A stretch of DNA of 32,000 nt from Lachnospiraceae bacterium (GTDB lineage: Bacteria > Bacillota > Clostridia > Lachnospirales > Lachnospiraceae). The stretch is from positions 80,717-112,716 of the forward strand of contig JAFRSU010000038.1 of the NCBI GenBank assembly GCA_017427415.1. Direction: 5' to 3'. The notes below the pieces were generated by a model that saw only the letters and a list, made by a program, of their open reading frames with translations, was not told where the DNA came from and searched no databases. The first letter of the stretch is position 1. Each line of letters starts with the position of its first letter. The position numbers and the translations under genes are program-made. This document shows, one piece after another, positions 15,072 to 23,294 of this stretch.

Positions 15072-16271
15072 TTAGTCATAAACACGGATTTTGCTTAATA
15101 CATTCAGTCCCTTGATCTTTGCGTCAAACTCGCTCTCGCTCATGGACTCGGTGATAAATGCTACCTCGCCTGCCTTATAGGATGCGCTCTCCGCAGTTAC
15201 ACCGAGAATCTTTCTTGCTTCCATGGCATCCTTATCGCTTAAACGTACGTAAAATCTTCCAACCCTGCTGCCCTGGTCTGCCATATGTGCCTTTTCCCTG
15301 CTCCAGAGAGTATCGGAAGGAAGTCCGTAATACTTCGCTGCCTCGATGATATCACCTGCTACTGCACCGGCTGTGGGAAGCTTTCCGGCTCCCTTACCGT
15401 AGAACAATACGTCGCCTGTAGCATTTCCCGTTACAAGTATACCGTTAAATACGTTATTTACATGATAAAGCTGGCAGTTTTCAAATACAAGGAAGGGAGC
15501 TACCATAGCCGATACCAAAGCATCATCGCGTCTGATGTTGCAGAGGAGCTTTATCTTTGCACCCAGGCCCTTAGCAGCAGCTATATCCTCAGCTGTCACC
15601 TCACATATACCTTCCGTGGGGATATCATCACAGTCAACCTGATGTCCTGCAGCAAGCGACGCAAGTATGGCTGCCTTTCTCTGTGCATCGGTACCCTCTA
15701 TGTCAGCTGCGGGGTTTCTCTCGGCATATCCGTTATCCTGTGCTTCCTTTAATGCAGTATCAAATGCAAGTCCGTCCTCACCCATACGGGTTAAGATATA
15801 ATTGGTGGTACCGTTTACGATACCCTTGATCTCCAATATATCATCGCCTACAAGTGAATCGCACAGCGACCTGATGATAGGGATACCGCCGCCTACACTT
15901 GCTTCGAAATAATAATCACAATTGTTCTTTGCAGCAAGCTCTATAAGCTCTGCACCGTGAGCAGCTACGAGCTCCTTATTGGATGTACATACTGACTTTC
16001 CTCGCAAAAGAGCCTCTTTTGTGAACTTGAAAGCGGGCTCCATACCTCCCATAACCTCGGCTATGATCTTAACCTCAGGGTCATCGAGGATGATATTTAC
16101 ATCATGTACCAGTACCTTTTCCACAGGGTCTCCCGGGAAATCACGGAGGTCAAGTACGTACTTGATCTCGATGGGCTTACCCGCACGCTTTGCGATGATA
16201 TCGCTGTTCATGTTTATTACGTCAAATACTCCGGAACCAACAGTTCCGTATCCGAATATTGCTATTTTCAT
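15072..16271 (-). CDS. hom: Homoserine dehydrogenase
   Basis: Rossmann motif KIAIFGYGTVGSGV, GIVNGTTNYIL, and a C-terminal ACT-like domain. The ATG at 16271 (MKIAIFG) has a GGAG SD. The 18-codon upstream extension in the track is unlikely to be real. Confidence 0.93.
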   Translation of the reverse strand: MKIAIFGYGTVGSGVFDVINMNSDIIAKRAGKPIEIKYVLDLRDFPGDPVEKVLVHDVNIILDDPEVKIIAEVMGGMEPAFKFTKEALLRGKSVCTSNKELVAAHGAELIELAAKNNCDYYFEASVGGGIPIIRSLCDSLVGDDILEIKGIVNGTTNYILTRMGEDGLAFDTALKEAQDNGYAERNPAADIEGTDAQRKAAILASLAAGHQVDCDDIPTEGICEVTAEDIAAAKGLGAKIKLLCNIRRDDALVSAMVAPFLVFENCQLYHVNNVFNGILVTGNATGDVLFYGKGAGKLPTAGAVAGDIIEAAKYYGLPSDTLWSREKAHMADQGSRVGRFYVRLSDKDAMEARKILGVTAESASYKAGEVAFITESMSESEFDAKIKGLNVLSKIRVYD

Positions 16272-16328
16272 GTATGTTAGTCTCCTGCCGTTTTTTTTCT
16301 CTTGCCTGAAGCTTTTCCGCCTCATATA

Positions 16329-16778
16329 TCATTCACGTCCTAAAATCTTCAAAGAATTAATCCCGTGTATACCTTCTATGGCCGATATGATATCGTTGAC
16401 CTCTTTTGTCTCGGGACGCATCTCCATGCCCAAGGTCACGGAAGCTATACCGCCTATCGGAATGCTTTGGTGTATGGTCAGGATGTTGGCCTTGCACTTT
16501 GCTATCTCATTTAGCACATTTGACAAAAGTCCGGGCTCGTCATCCAAAAGCAGCATGATATTTATCGTCTTTCCGCGGTTGTTCTCATGGAACGGAAATA
16601 TATCATCCTTATATTTATAAAAAGAACTTCTGCTGATCCCGAGCTGCTCTGCAGCCTCCTGAACGGTTATAGCCTTGCCGGAATCCAAAAGTCTTTTTGC
16701 CTCAACCACCTTCAACAGCACATCGGGGACGGCCTTTTCTTTTACAAGATAATACTTATCTTTCTCACTCATCCTCAT
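16329..16778 (-). CDS. ACT-domain protein with an N-terminal HTH-like segment (UPF0735/PheB-like)
   Basis: Length 149 aa, with ITVQEAAEQLGISRSSFYKYKD followed by ACT-like INIMLLLDDEPGLLSNVLNEIA. The stop lies 3 nt before the hom ORF. Confidence 0.7.
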   Translation of the reverse strand: MRMSEKDKYYLVKEKAVPDVLLKVVEAKRLLDSGKAITVQEAAEQLGISRSSFYKYKDDIFPFHENNRGKTINIMLLLDDEPGLLSNVLNEIAKCKANILTIHQSIPIGGIASVTLGMEMRPETKEVNDIISAIEGIHGINSLKILGRE

Positions 16779-16829
16779 GATCTCTCCGTTGTTTTTCTGT
16801 CAACTACATTTGTCCGTTTAACGTGGAAT

Positions 16830-16858
16830 ACTATATCACAGACTTTCTTAAAAATCAA
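16830..16858 (-). promoter_or_regulatory. Putative SigA-type promoter for the ACT-hom-lysC unit
   Basis: The minus strand reads TTGATT (16858-16853), a 17-nt spacer, then TATAGT (16835-16830) preceded by TG (extended -10). Confidence 0.5.
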
Positions 16859-16904
16859 GCAAAATTTTTCGCTCTTCCCCTTTGTTTTTTTGTACATTCT
16901 CTCC

Positions 16905-16942
16905 AAAAGAGGGGCTGTCGCACATAAATGAACGACAGCCCC
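16905..16942 (-). terminator. Rho-independent terminator after the S41 peptidase gene
   Basis: The 10-bp stem GGGGCTGTCG/CGACAGCCCC (16911-16920 and 16933-16942) is followed on the minus strand by TCTTTTGG. Confidence 0.75.
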
Positions 16943-16949
16943 CTGACTT

Positions 16950-18182
16950 TTATTTTATTTTCTTTAAGTATTCCACTGCTGCATCGATCTGGTTATCTTT
17001 CGTACGCTTTGATATCGACTCTTTTTCCAGCCCATCTTCAAGCTCTACCACTATATCGGGTTCAATGCCTTTGTCATGTATGCAGACACCCTTGGGTGAA
17101 TAATACCTTCCTCCCGTATACTTTATAAAGGAGTTGTCCTCGCCTATGGGCCAGAGTGTCTGATATACTCCCTTTCCGTAGGACTTTGTACCCATGACCG
17201 TAGCCTTCTCATAATCACGCATGGTCTGTGTGAAAAGCTCGGATGCACTTGCCGAATTACCGTTTATAAGTATTACCAGGGGCTTGTCAAATCTGTCTTC
17301 ATCTTTGGTAAAAGACTTAACCTCAGCACCCTGTCTGGAGTCCGTATATGCCACAAGAAGGCCCTTTTCCAGCATGAGGTCAAGCATCTTGACAGCCGTA
17401 TCAAAAAGTCCGCCGGGATTCTCTCTTAAGTCGATGATAAGCTTGGACATGCCCTGCTTTTCCAGTTCTTCCAGAGCGGCTTTTGTTTCTGTGGCGGTAT
17501 TCTCATAAAATGAACTTACAAGTATATAACCTATCCCGTCCCCGATCATGCGGTATGATACGGTCTTCTGCTCTATCCTGGCTCTTTTCATCGTAAGGTC
17601 GAGCGTCTTATCCCCGCGCTTTACGGTTACGACAACAGTGCTGCCCTCATTACCTTTTATAAATGTCATGGCATAATCCAGATTCAGATTCGATATATCT
17701 TTCCCGTCCACCGCGATAAGGATATCCTTCGGCAGTAACCCTGCTTTTTCAGCAGGTGAATCTTCTGCGACCGATACTACCACAATCTCATTGGAGTCCT
17801 TCAGCTGACCTACATAACAGCCTATCCCCACATAAGACCCGGATGTTGTCTGGAATACGGCAGCGGCCTCTTCAGGTGTATAATAACATGAATAAGGGTC
17901 ATTAAGTGCCGCCATCATACCGTCTAAGGCTCCCTCATACAGAACCTCGGGGTTGATCTCTTCATAGAAATTCTGGTTTATAATACTCAGGGTATTGTTA
18001 AGTTTCTCTATGAACAGGTTATATTTCTGTTCTTCCGTCTCGTTAGCCGATGGATAGGTTTTTCTTTGGGAACCGTAATTAAACAGATAATCCCTCATAA
18101 AGAAGATAAGTATCGCCGAACTTGCCAATGCTACCAGCAACCCGATCATAAATCCCTTAAAAAACTTTTTTTCTTCTTGCAT
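16950..18182 (-). CDS. S41-family carboxy-terminal processing peptidase (PDZ-containing, membrane-anchored)
   Basis: N-terminal TM segment, a PDZ-like segment (SPAEKAGLLPKDILIAVDG), and the S41 motifs ILINGNSASASELF and TKSYGKGV. Confidence 0.9.
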   Translation of the reverse strand: MQEEKKFFKGFMIGLLVALASSAILIFFMRDYLFNYGSQRKTYPSANETEEQKYNLFIEKLNNTLSIINQNFYEEINPEVLYEGALDGMMAALNDPYSCYYTPEEAAAVFQTTSGSYVGIGCYVGQLKDSNEIVVVSVAEDSPAEKAGLLPKDILIAVDGKDISNLNLDYAMTFIKGNEGSTVVVTVKRGDKTLDLTMKRARIEQKTVSYRMIGDGIGYILVSSFYENTATETKAALEELEKQGMSKLIIDLRENPGGLFDTAVKMLDLMLEKGLLVAYTDSRQGAEVKSFTKDEDRFDKPLVILINGNSASASELFTQTMRDYEKATVMGTKSYGKGVYQTLWPIGEDNSFIKYTGGRYYSPKGVCIHDKGIEPDIVVELEDGLEKESISKRTKDNQIDAAVEYLKKIK

Positions 18183-18196
18183 AAAAACTCCTACTG

Positions 18197-19561
18197 TTAC
18201 TCAAGATATCCTATATATGGATCGGGATCGACATATTCCCCGTTCTTCTGTACTGCAAAATGAAGATGAGGACCGGTCGATACTCCTGTAGAACCCACGA
18301 GTGCTATCTGCTGTCCCTGCTTTACATACTCTCCTGCACTTACCAAAGTCTTTGAACAATGACAGTATACCGTGACAAAACCCGGCTGATGCTCTACCTT
18401 TACATAGTTGCCCGCAGAACTGTTGTAGCTTACGTCTATAACCTTTCCTGCAAGTACCGATACCATGGGCGCACCGAACTCGCCTCCGATATCCCAGCCC
18501 TTATGGTAGGTGGAAGCTCCCTTGGTAGGCGCTTTTCTGGGTCCGAACTTTGAGAAAGTCCTGTGATCTCCCGGAAGAGGCCATGTCATCTTATACACAT
18601 CCGTCTCATCAGTAAGTACCACATGATTTATCGCGTCTGCATCGTAGCCGCTTGTGGACTTGGGTTTACTGATATTACCGCTTTCCTGAGCCTTTTTTCT
18701 TTTCTCCTCTTCTTCGCGTTTTCTTCTTTCTTCCTCTTCCTTACGCTTTCTCTCTTCTTCCTCCATACGCTTCTGCTCAGCTTCGATGATCTCGTTTATT
18801 TCTACATTTTTACTGCTTATCTGCTCCATGTAGTTAAAAAGATACTCATCTGCCACACCGAGCTTCTCCGTAAGTCGTTCTATCTCCTCGGACTTAAGGT
18901 CCATGAGTTCCTGTACTGTGGACTGCTCAAGTTCTTCGGATTCCCTGATGAGGTTCAGCTCTTCGAGTGAAGCATTAAGAAGTGCCTCATGCTCCTCTAC
19001 ATCCGCCTTGGCTTCCTTATAGCGTTCAAGCAGGTTATTGTCATATCGCGCTATATCCTGTGTATACTCCACCTGATTCAAAAAATCAGACACGCTGCCT
19101 GAATTAAGAAGGAGGTCCATGTAAGTAGACTCGCCGTTTTCGTACATGTAAGCGATCCTCTTTTTCATGATGATATATTGCTGCTCTTCCTTCTTTTTGG
19201 CATCGGCAAGATTCTGTTTCGTAATCTCAAGCTCTTCCTCGGTTTCCGTTATCTGCTGTTTTAGTTCGAAAATACGGAGAGTGATGTCGTTAAGCTCAAG
19301 GTCGAGCTCCTGTATATATGTTTCTATATTTTCTTTTTCCAGTGAAAACTCGGCTATAAGGGCTTCCTGTTCTTTTTTCTGCTTCTCGAGTTCCTTTTTC
19401 TGGTCCTGGGCAGCTTTAAGCTTTTCCTCATATGCCTTTCTGGGGTCAGAACTTACCGCTCCCGCCGGTCTGTACGGAAGATATTCAAACATTCCTGCAA
19501 GGAAGCATAATATAAGTGCAAATGCCACTACAGTCTTTTTTATACCTTTTTTTCCCGTCAC
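18197..19561 (-). CDS. M23-family peptidoglycan metalloendopeptidase with a long N-terminal coiled coil (EnvC-like architecture)
   Basis: C-terminal M23 motifs YHKGWDI and GSTGVSTGPHLHF. About 270 aa is heptad-like and E/K-rich. The GTG start at 19561 is preceded by AGAGGTG with 8-nt spacing. Confidence 0.9.
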   Translation of the reverse strand: MTGKKGIKKTVVAFALILCFLAGMFEYLPYRPAGAVSSDPRKAYEEKLKAAQDQKKELEKQKKEQEALIAEFSLEKENIETYIQELDLELNDITLRIFELKQQITETEEELEITKQNLADAKKKEEQQYIIMKKRIAYMYENGESTYMDLLLNSGSVSDFLNQVEYTQDIARYDNNLLERYKEAKADVEEHEALLNASLEELNLIRESEELEQSTVQELMDLKSEEIERLTEKLGVADEYLFNYMEQISSKNVEINEIIEAEQKRMEEEERKRKEEEERRKREEEEKRKKAQESGNISKPKSTSGYDADAINHVVLTDETDVYKMTWPLPGDHRTFSKFGPRKAPTKGASTYHKGWDIGGEFGAPMVSVLAGKVIDVSYNSSAGNYVKVEHQPGFVTVYCHCSKTLVSAGEYVKQGQQIALVGSTGVSTGPHLHFAVQKNGEYVDPDPYIGYLE

Positions 19562-19590
19562 CCTTCATGCACCTCTCTTTTGATCTGTCC

Positions 19591-20508
19591 TCATCCAACC
19601 TCAATCTTCTTTAACTGCCTGCCTAGTGTTACATTACTACCGATAAAACCTATCCCGATACCTATCGCCAAAGATACCGGTATCAGCACTTTCATGATGT
19701 CCTTTCCATCCACGAACTCGGTACCCGAGAGCAGGAGCTGGAAATTTTCCTGTAAAGTACTGATGATCACACCGTAACTGAAATTAAGTATCAAAAGCGG
19801 TATAACGGCACCGATGATACCTATGATCATACCTTCTACTATGTACGGGATCCTGATAAAGAAATTGGTAGCCCCGATCAGTTTCATTATGGATATCTCC
19901 TGCTTCCTTATAGACACACCGGTGGAAATGGTGATGCTTATAAGGAATATGGTAACTCCGAGAAGGATGATGATGATCGCAATCGCGAGTACCGTCAGCA
20001 CCTTATTGAGGCCGGTCAGGTTTTCCGATACATCCTTCTTGTGGTTTACCTTTCTGACTCCCTCGATATCCGTAATATATCTTACCAGTGAATCCTGCAT
20101 CGATATATCGTTAAGGTACACCGTATATGAAGCGGAATTCTCCAGAGGGTTATCATCGCCGAAGGTTTCTATAAGCTCGGGAGAAAGCTTGTCTCTTTTA
20201 TATTCCTCCCATGCCTGGTCTGCCGAGGTAAATATGATCTCCGAGATCTCGGCACGCATCCTGATCTTTTCGCCTATCGCTGAGATACCCTCGTCCGTTA
20301 TCCCTTCATCAAAAAATACCGTGATACCGACTCTCTGCTCTGCTTTCGAGATCATGCTCCTGAAATTGGCTATAACCGAATAACATACCCCGAATAAAAA
20401 CAGACAGGCTGCCATCGTAGCGATGGAAGCCAGTGAAAACATCCTGTTTCTGAATATATTTTTGAGTCCCTGTCCGATACCGTAAGCAAAGGTGCTAATT
20501 TTTTGCAT
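19591..20508 (-). CDS. ftsX: Cell-division ABC transporter permease-like protein FtsX
   Basis: One N-terminal TM segment, a large extracellular loop, then three C-terminal TM segments. It lies directly after ftsE. The ATG at 20508 overlaps the ftsE stop by 14 nt, and the track start at 20547 sits inside ftsE. Confidence 0.88.
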   Translation of the reverse strand: MQKISTFAYGIGQGLKNIFRNRMFSLASIATMAACLFLFGVCYSVIANFRSMISKAEQRVGITVFFDEGITDEGISAIGEKIRMRAEISEIIFTSADQAWEEYKRDKLSPELIETFGDDNPLENSASYTVYLNDISMQDSLVRYITDIEGVRKVNHKKDVSENLTGLNKVLTVLAIAIIIILLGVTIFLISITISTGVSIRKQEISIMKLIGATNFFIRIPYIVEGMIIGIIGAVIPLLILNFSYGVIISTLQENFQLLLSGTEFVDGKDIMKVLIPVSLAIGIGIGFIGSNVTLGRQLKKIEVG

Positions 20509-21235
20509 TTGTGTAACCGCCCTTTTCGTAATCGTTGGTGAGCACACCCTTGTTCAGATGTACAACTCTTTTCTGCATCATATCAACTATTTCTTTATTA
20601 TGAGTGACCACTATGACGGTAGTCCCGCGTCTGTTGACATCCTCCAAAAGTCTCATGATGTCCCATGAGTTCTTGGGGTCGAGATTACCTGTGGGCTCAT
20701 CTGCGAGCAGCAGCATAGGGTTGTTTACCAGGGCACGTGCAAGTGCCACTCTCTGCTGCTCACCTCCGGACAGCTCCGAAGGATATGCATCAAGTCTTTC
20801 GGAAAGTCCCATGATAGAAAGTATATTGGGAACATCCCTTTTTATCTTCTTGATCGGAGTCTCTATAACTCTCTGCGCAAATGCCACATTTTCATACACC
20901 GTCATCTCCGGCAGCAGCCTAAAATCCTGGAACACGATACCGATATTTCTCCTGTGCTTGGCTATCGCCTTCTGACGCAGTCTTGAGATATCCTTACCCA
21001 TAACATATATCTTACCGGATGTTGGCGCTATCTCACGCAGAAGCAGCTTTATAAGTGTTGACTTTCCGGAGCCGCTGCTTCCTACCACAAATACGAACTC
21101 ACCCTTATTTACCACAAGGTTCATCTTCTTTATGGCATGTCTGTCATCGGCATAATCCTTTGATACATCATCAAGCCTTATCACCGGCGGCTCTATATCG
21201 CCGCTCAGTGCACGTTCAAGTCCGAAATTTCTCAT
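20495..21235 (-). CDS. ftsE: Cell-division ABC ATPase FtsE
   Basis: Walker A GSSGSGKST, signature LSGGEQQRV, Walker B LLLADEPTGNLD. Confidence 0.93.
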   Translation of the reverse strand: MRNFGLERALSGDIEPPVIRLDDVSKDYADDRHAIKKMNLVVNKGEFVFVVGSSGSGKSTLIKLLLREIAPTSGKIYVMGKDISRLRQKAIAKHRRNIGIVFQDFRLLPEMTVYENVAFAQRVIETPIKKIKRDVPNILSIMGLSERLDAYPSELSGGEQQRVALARALVNNPMLLLADEPTGNLDPKNSWDIMRLLEDVNRRGTTVIVVTHNKEIVDMMQKRVVHLNKGVLTNDYEKGGYTNAKN

Positions 21236-21254
21236 TTATGTTTGTCCTTTTCTT

Positions 21255-21268
21255 ACACCTCATCCGCC
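21255..21268. repeat. Half-copy (terminal segment only) of the structured intergenic repeat
   Basis: ACACCTCATCCGCC fills most of the 33-nt gap between the regulator stop and the ftsE start. Confidence 0.6.
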
Positions 21269-22360
21269 TTAGAAATCAGTATGCTCTACATAGTCCATGT
21301 ATTTAACTACCATCAGTGCCATCTTGAATGTAATAGCATCCTCAAAGGTACGAAGATCTAAGTTAGTCATCTTCTGGATCTTGTCAAGCCTGTATACAAG
21401 GGTATTTCTGTGGATGTACAGCTGTCTCGAGGTCTCGGAAACATTAAGGTTGTTCTCGAAGAACTTGTTGATGGTAACTATGGTCTCATCATCAAAATCT
21501 GAAGGCATCTGTCCGTCAAATATCTCCTTGATAAACATCTTGCATAAAGGCATCGGAAGCTGATATATAAGACGTCCTATACCTAAGTTGCTGTATGCTA
21601 TGATATTTCTCTCCGTATAGAATATCCTTCCTACATCAAGAGCCATCTTGGCTTCCTTATACGAACGTGATACATCCTTTAACTCATTGATTATGGTACC
21701 GTAAGATACTCTTACCTTTGACATAGCCTCGGTATTGAGCATGTCAAGGATCACCTTTCCTGTTTTCTCCAGATCCTCATACCCGTCGTTGGCACGAAGC
21801 TCCTTAACTATGATGATATTTTTCTCATCTACCGCAGTGATGAAATCCTTGGTCTTGTTGGAAGTAAACATGGTCCTTACGGTCTCTAATGCCATGTTGT
21901 CCTTCTCCACGCTCGTCTCGACTATAAATACGACACGTCTTGCTTCAGCATCTATATGTAATTTCTTGGCCCTGGTATATATATCAACCAACAGCAGATT
22001 GTCAAGCAAAAGGTTCTTTATAAAGTTGTCCTTGTCGTAGCGCTCCTTGTAAGCCACTACCAGATTCTGCACCTGGAATGCCGCCATCTTTCCGATCATA
22101 TATGCATCCTCGGACTCGCCCTTTACGATAAGGATATACTCTAATTGATGTTCATCAAATACCTTAAAGAAGTGGGTACTCTGCAATGACTGGCTCTCGG
22201 CCTGCGATCCTACAAAAGCAAGCACTGCGCCCTCATATTCATCTGTTTTGTTCACCGTGGCAGCCAATGCCTTGCCCTCTGTATCCATGATGCATATCTC
22301 TACTCTGGATATGGTCTTGATCCCTTCTATAACATTCTGCAGTATCTGATTTGATATCAT
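21269..22360 (-). CDS. PucR/CdaR-family transcriptional regulator
   Basis: The C-terminal HTH LNVSETSRQLYIHRNTLVYRLDKIQKMT is typical of the PucR C-terminal domain. The N-terminal sensor-like domain is uncharacterised. Confidence 0.75.
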   Translation of the reverse strand: MISNQILQNVIEGIKTISRVEICIMDTEGKALAATVNKTDEYEGAVLAFVGSQAESQSLQSTHFFKVFDEHQLEYILIVKGESEDAYMIGKMAAFQVQNLVVAYKERYDKDNFIKNLLLDNLLLVDIYTRAKKLHIDAEARRVVFIVETSVEKDNMALETVRTMFTSNKTKDFITAVDEKNIIIVKELRANDGYEDLEKTGKVILDMLNTEAMSKVRVSYGTIINELKDVSRSYKEAKMALDVGRIFYTERNIIAYSNLGIGRLIYQLPMPLCKMFIKEIFDGQMPSDFDDETIVTINKFFENNLNVSETSRQLYIHRNTLVYRLDKIQKMTNLDLRTFEDAITFKMALMVVKYMDYVEHTDF

Positions 22361-22452
22361 ACCTTGCCCCTTTCTTCTCCGTGTTTACACCTTTTGGGAC
22401 CATGCAGACACAAGATAAGCTCATATGTCATTACATAATCCCTCAATATAGT

Positions 22453-22481
22453 ATTGTAACACTTATTCAAACGGATGTAAA
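22453..22481 (-). promoter_or_regulatory. Putative SigA-type promoter for the regulator-ftsEX-peptidase unit
   Basis: The minus strand reads TTTACA (22481-22476), a 17-nt spacer, then TACAAT (22458-22453). It implies a leader of about 90 nt. Confidence 0.5.
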
Positions 22482-22568
22482 CATTTTTTGTGAGCTTTTA
22501 TCGATGAGCGTTCATTCAGCCATCGTTATGCAAAGAAGCTTACTATGAGAGCTTTTATTTGACGCACT

Positions 22569-22595
22569 AAAAAAGCTCCGGTTTTAAACCGGAGC
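22569..22595 (-). terminator. Rho-independent terminator after the lipoprotein gene
   Basis: The stem GCTCCGGTTT/AAACCGGAGC is followed on the minus strand by TTTTTT. Confidence 0.85.
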
Positions 22596-22606
22596 TTGTC
22601 ACATCA

Positions 22607-23137
22607 TTATTTTGTCTTTAAACTTGCAAGTATGACCTGGATCTCCATGTCATCGTACTCGATATCGCCGTCCTCATCGGAAAGACATATCTTTACCTGC
22701 CACTCGCCCGAACCTTCTACCCAGAGGATAGCGAACTTACTGTATGCAAGCTCTCCTGTATATCCGGTCCACTTTGTGCCGTTAACCTCAAGTGTGATAT
22801 CTTCGATGGTATCAGCCTTGTATATCTCCTTTGACTCATATATCTCTGTAGCCTTTGCATAATGGTCCAGATTTATATATGCATTGGAAATGATCGCCGT
22901 GCCTACTTCTTCGCCCTCTTTTGTCTCATACTTGCAGAAACGGAGGTGATTCGGAGATACGGTATCCTCATTCAGTTCCATGACCGGTATGTTGACCCAG
23001 TCCTCAGGACAGAGTGCCGTGAACTGCTTACATTCATACACAGTACCTTCAACTTCCTCGATCGATTTGGGACCGCACGCCGTAAGTCCCAAGAGCATAA
23101 GTGCTGTCAAAACTAATGCCAAGATTTTCTTCTTCAT
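22607..23137 (-). CDS. Hypothetical lipoprotein
   Basis: A signal peptide with the lipobox LLGLTAC, and SD GAGGGG. I recognised no family. Confidence 0.65.
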   Translation of the reverse strand: MKKKILALVLTALMLLGLTACGPKSIEEVEGTVYECKQFTALCPEDWVNIPVMELNEDTVSPNHLRFCKYETKEGEEVGTAIISNAYINLDHYAKATEIYESKEIYKADTIEDITLEVNGTKWTGYTGELAYSKFAILWVEGSGEWQVKICLSDEDGDIEYDDMEIQVILASLKTK

Positions 23138-23198
23138 AATTGTCCCCTCTTTTATACAGTATATTTATTCACTATAAATATTGCCGATAATTAAAGAT

Positions 23199-23227
23199 AT
23201 TATAGCACAGGTTATCAGATAACACAA
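23199..23227 (-). promoter_or_regulatory. Putative promoter of the lipoprotein gene with an embedded 13-bp palindrome
   Basis: The minus strand reads TTGTGT (23227-23222), a 17-nt spacer, then TGCTATAAT (23207-23199). The spacer contains the perfect palindrome GTTATC-N-GATAAC (23211-23223). Confidence 0.5.
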
Positions 23228-23245
23228 GAAATATTTTTTGTAAGC

Positions 23246-23276
23246 AAAAAGCCCGGTCAGATAACTCTGACCGGGC
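23246..23276 (-). terminator. Rho-independent terminator after the ABC ATPase gene
   Basis: The 10-bp stem GCCCGGTCAG/CTGACCGGGC is followed on the minus strand by TTTTT. Confidence 0.85.
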
Positions 23277-23294
23277 GTAAAGTCCGAAACTTTA

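Noticed and set aside
15979-16620. Long plus-strand ORFs antisense to well-supported minus-strand genes. Examples are 15979..16620 (213 aa), 19814..20383 (189 aa), 15285..15752, 18563..18970, 19167..19583, 907..1368 and 505..858.
   Set aside because: Their translations are low-complexity and rich in Ser, Leu, Phe and Cys, with no motifs, SD sequences or promoters. Each lies fully inside a gene with clear family motifs on the other strand, so they are shadow ORFs.
18689-18772. A purine/pyrimidine-skewed, repetitive-looking DNA stretch (cttcttc/ttcctc runs).
   Set aside because: It encodes the E/K/R-rich tract EEEERKRKEEEERRKREEEEKRKK of the M23 protein's coiled-coil and linker region. It is coding low complexity, not a regulatory repeat.
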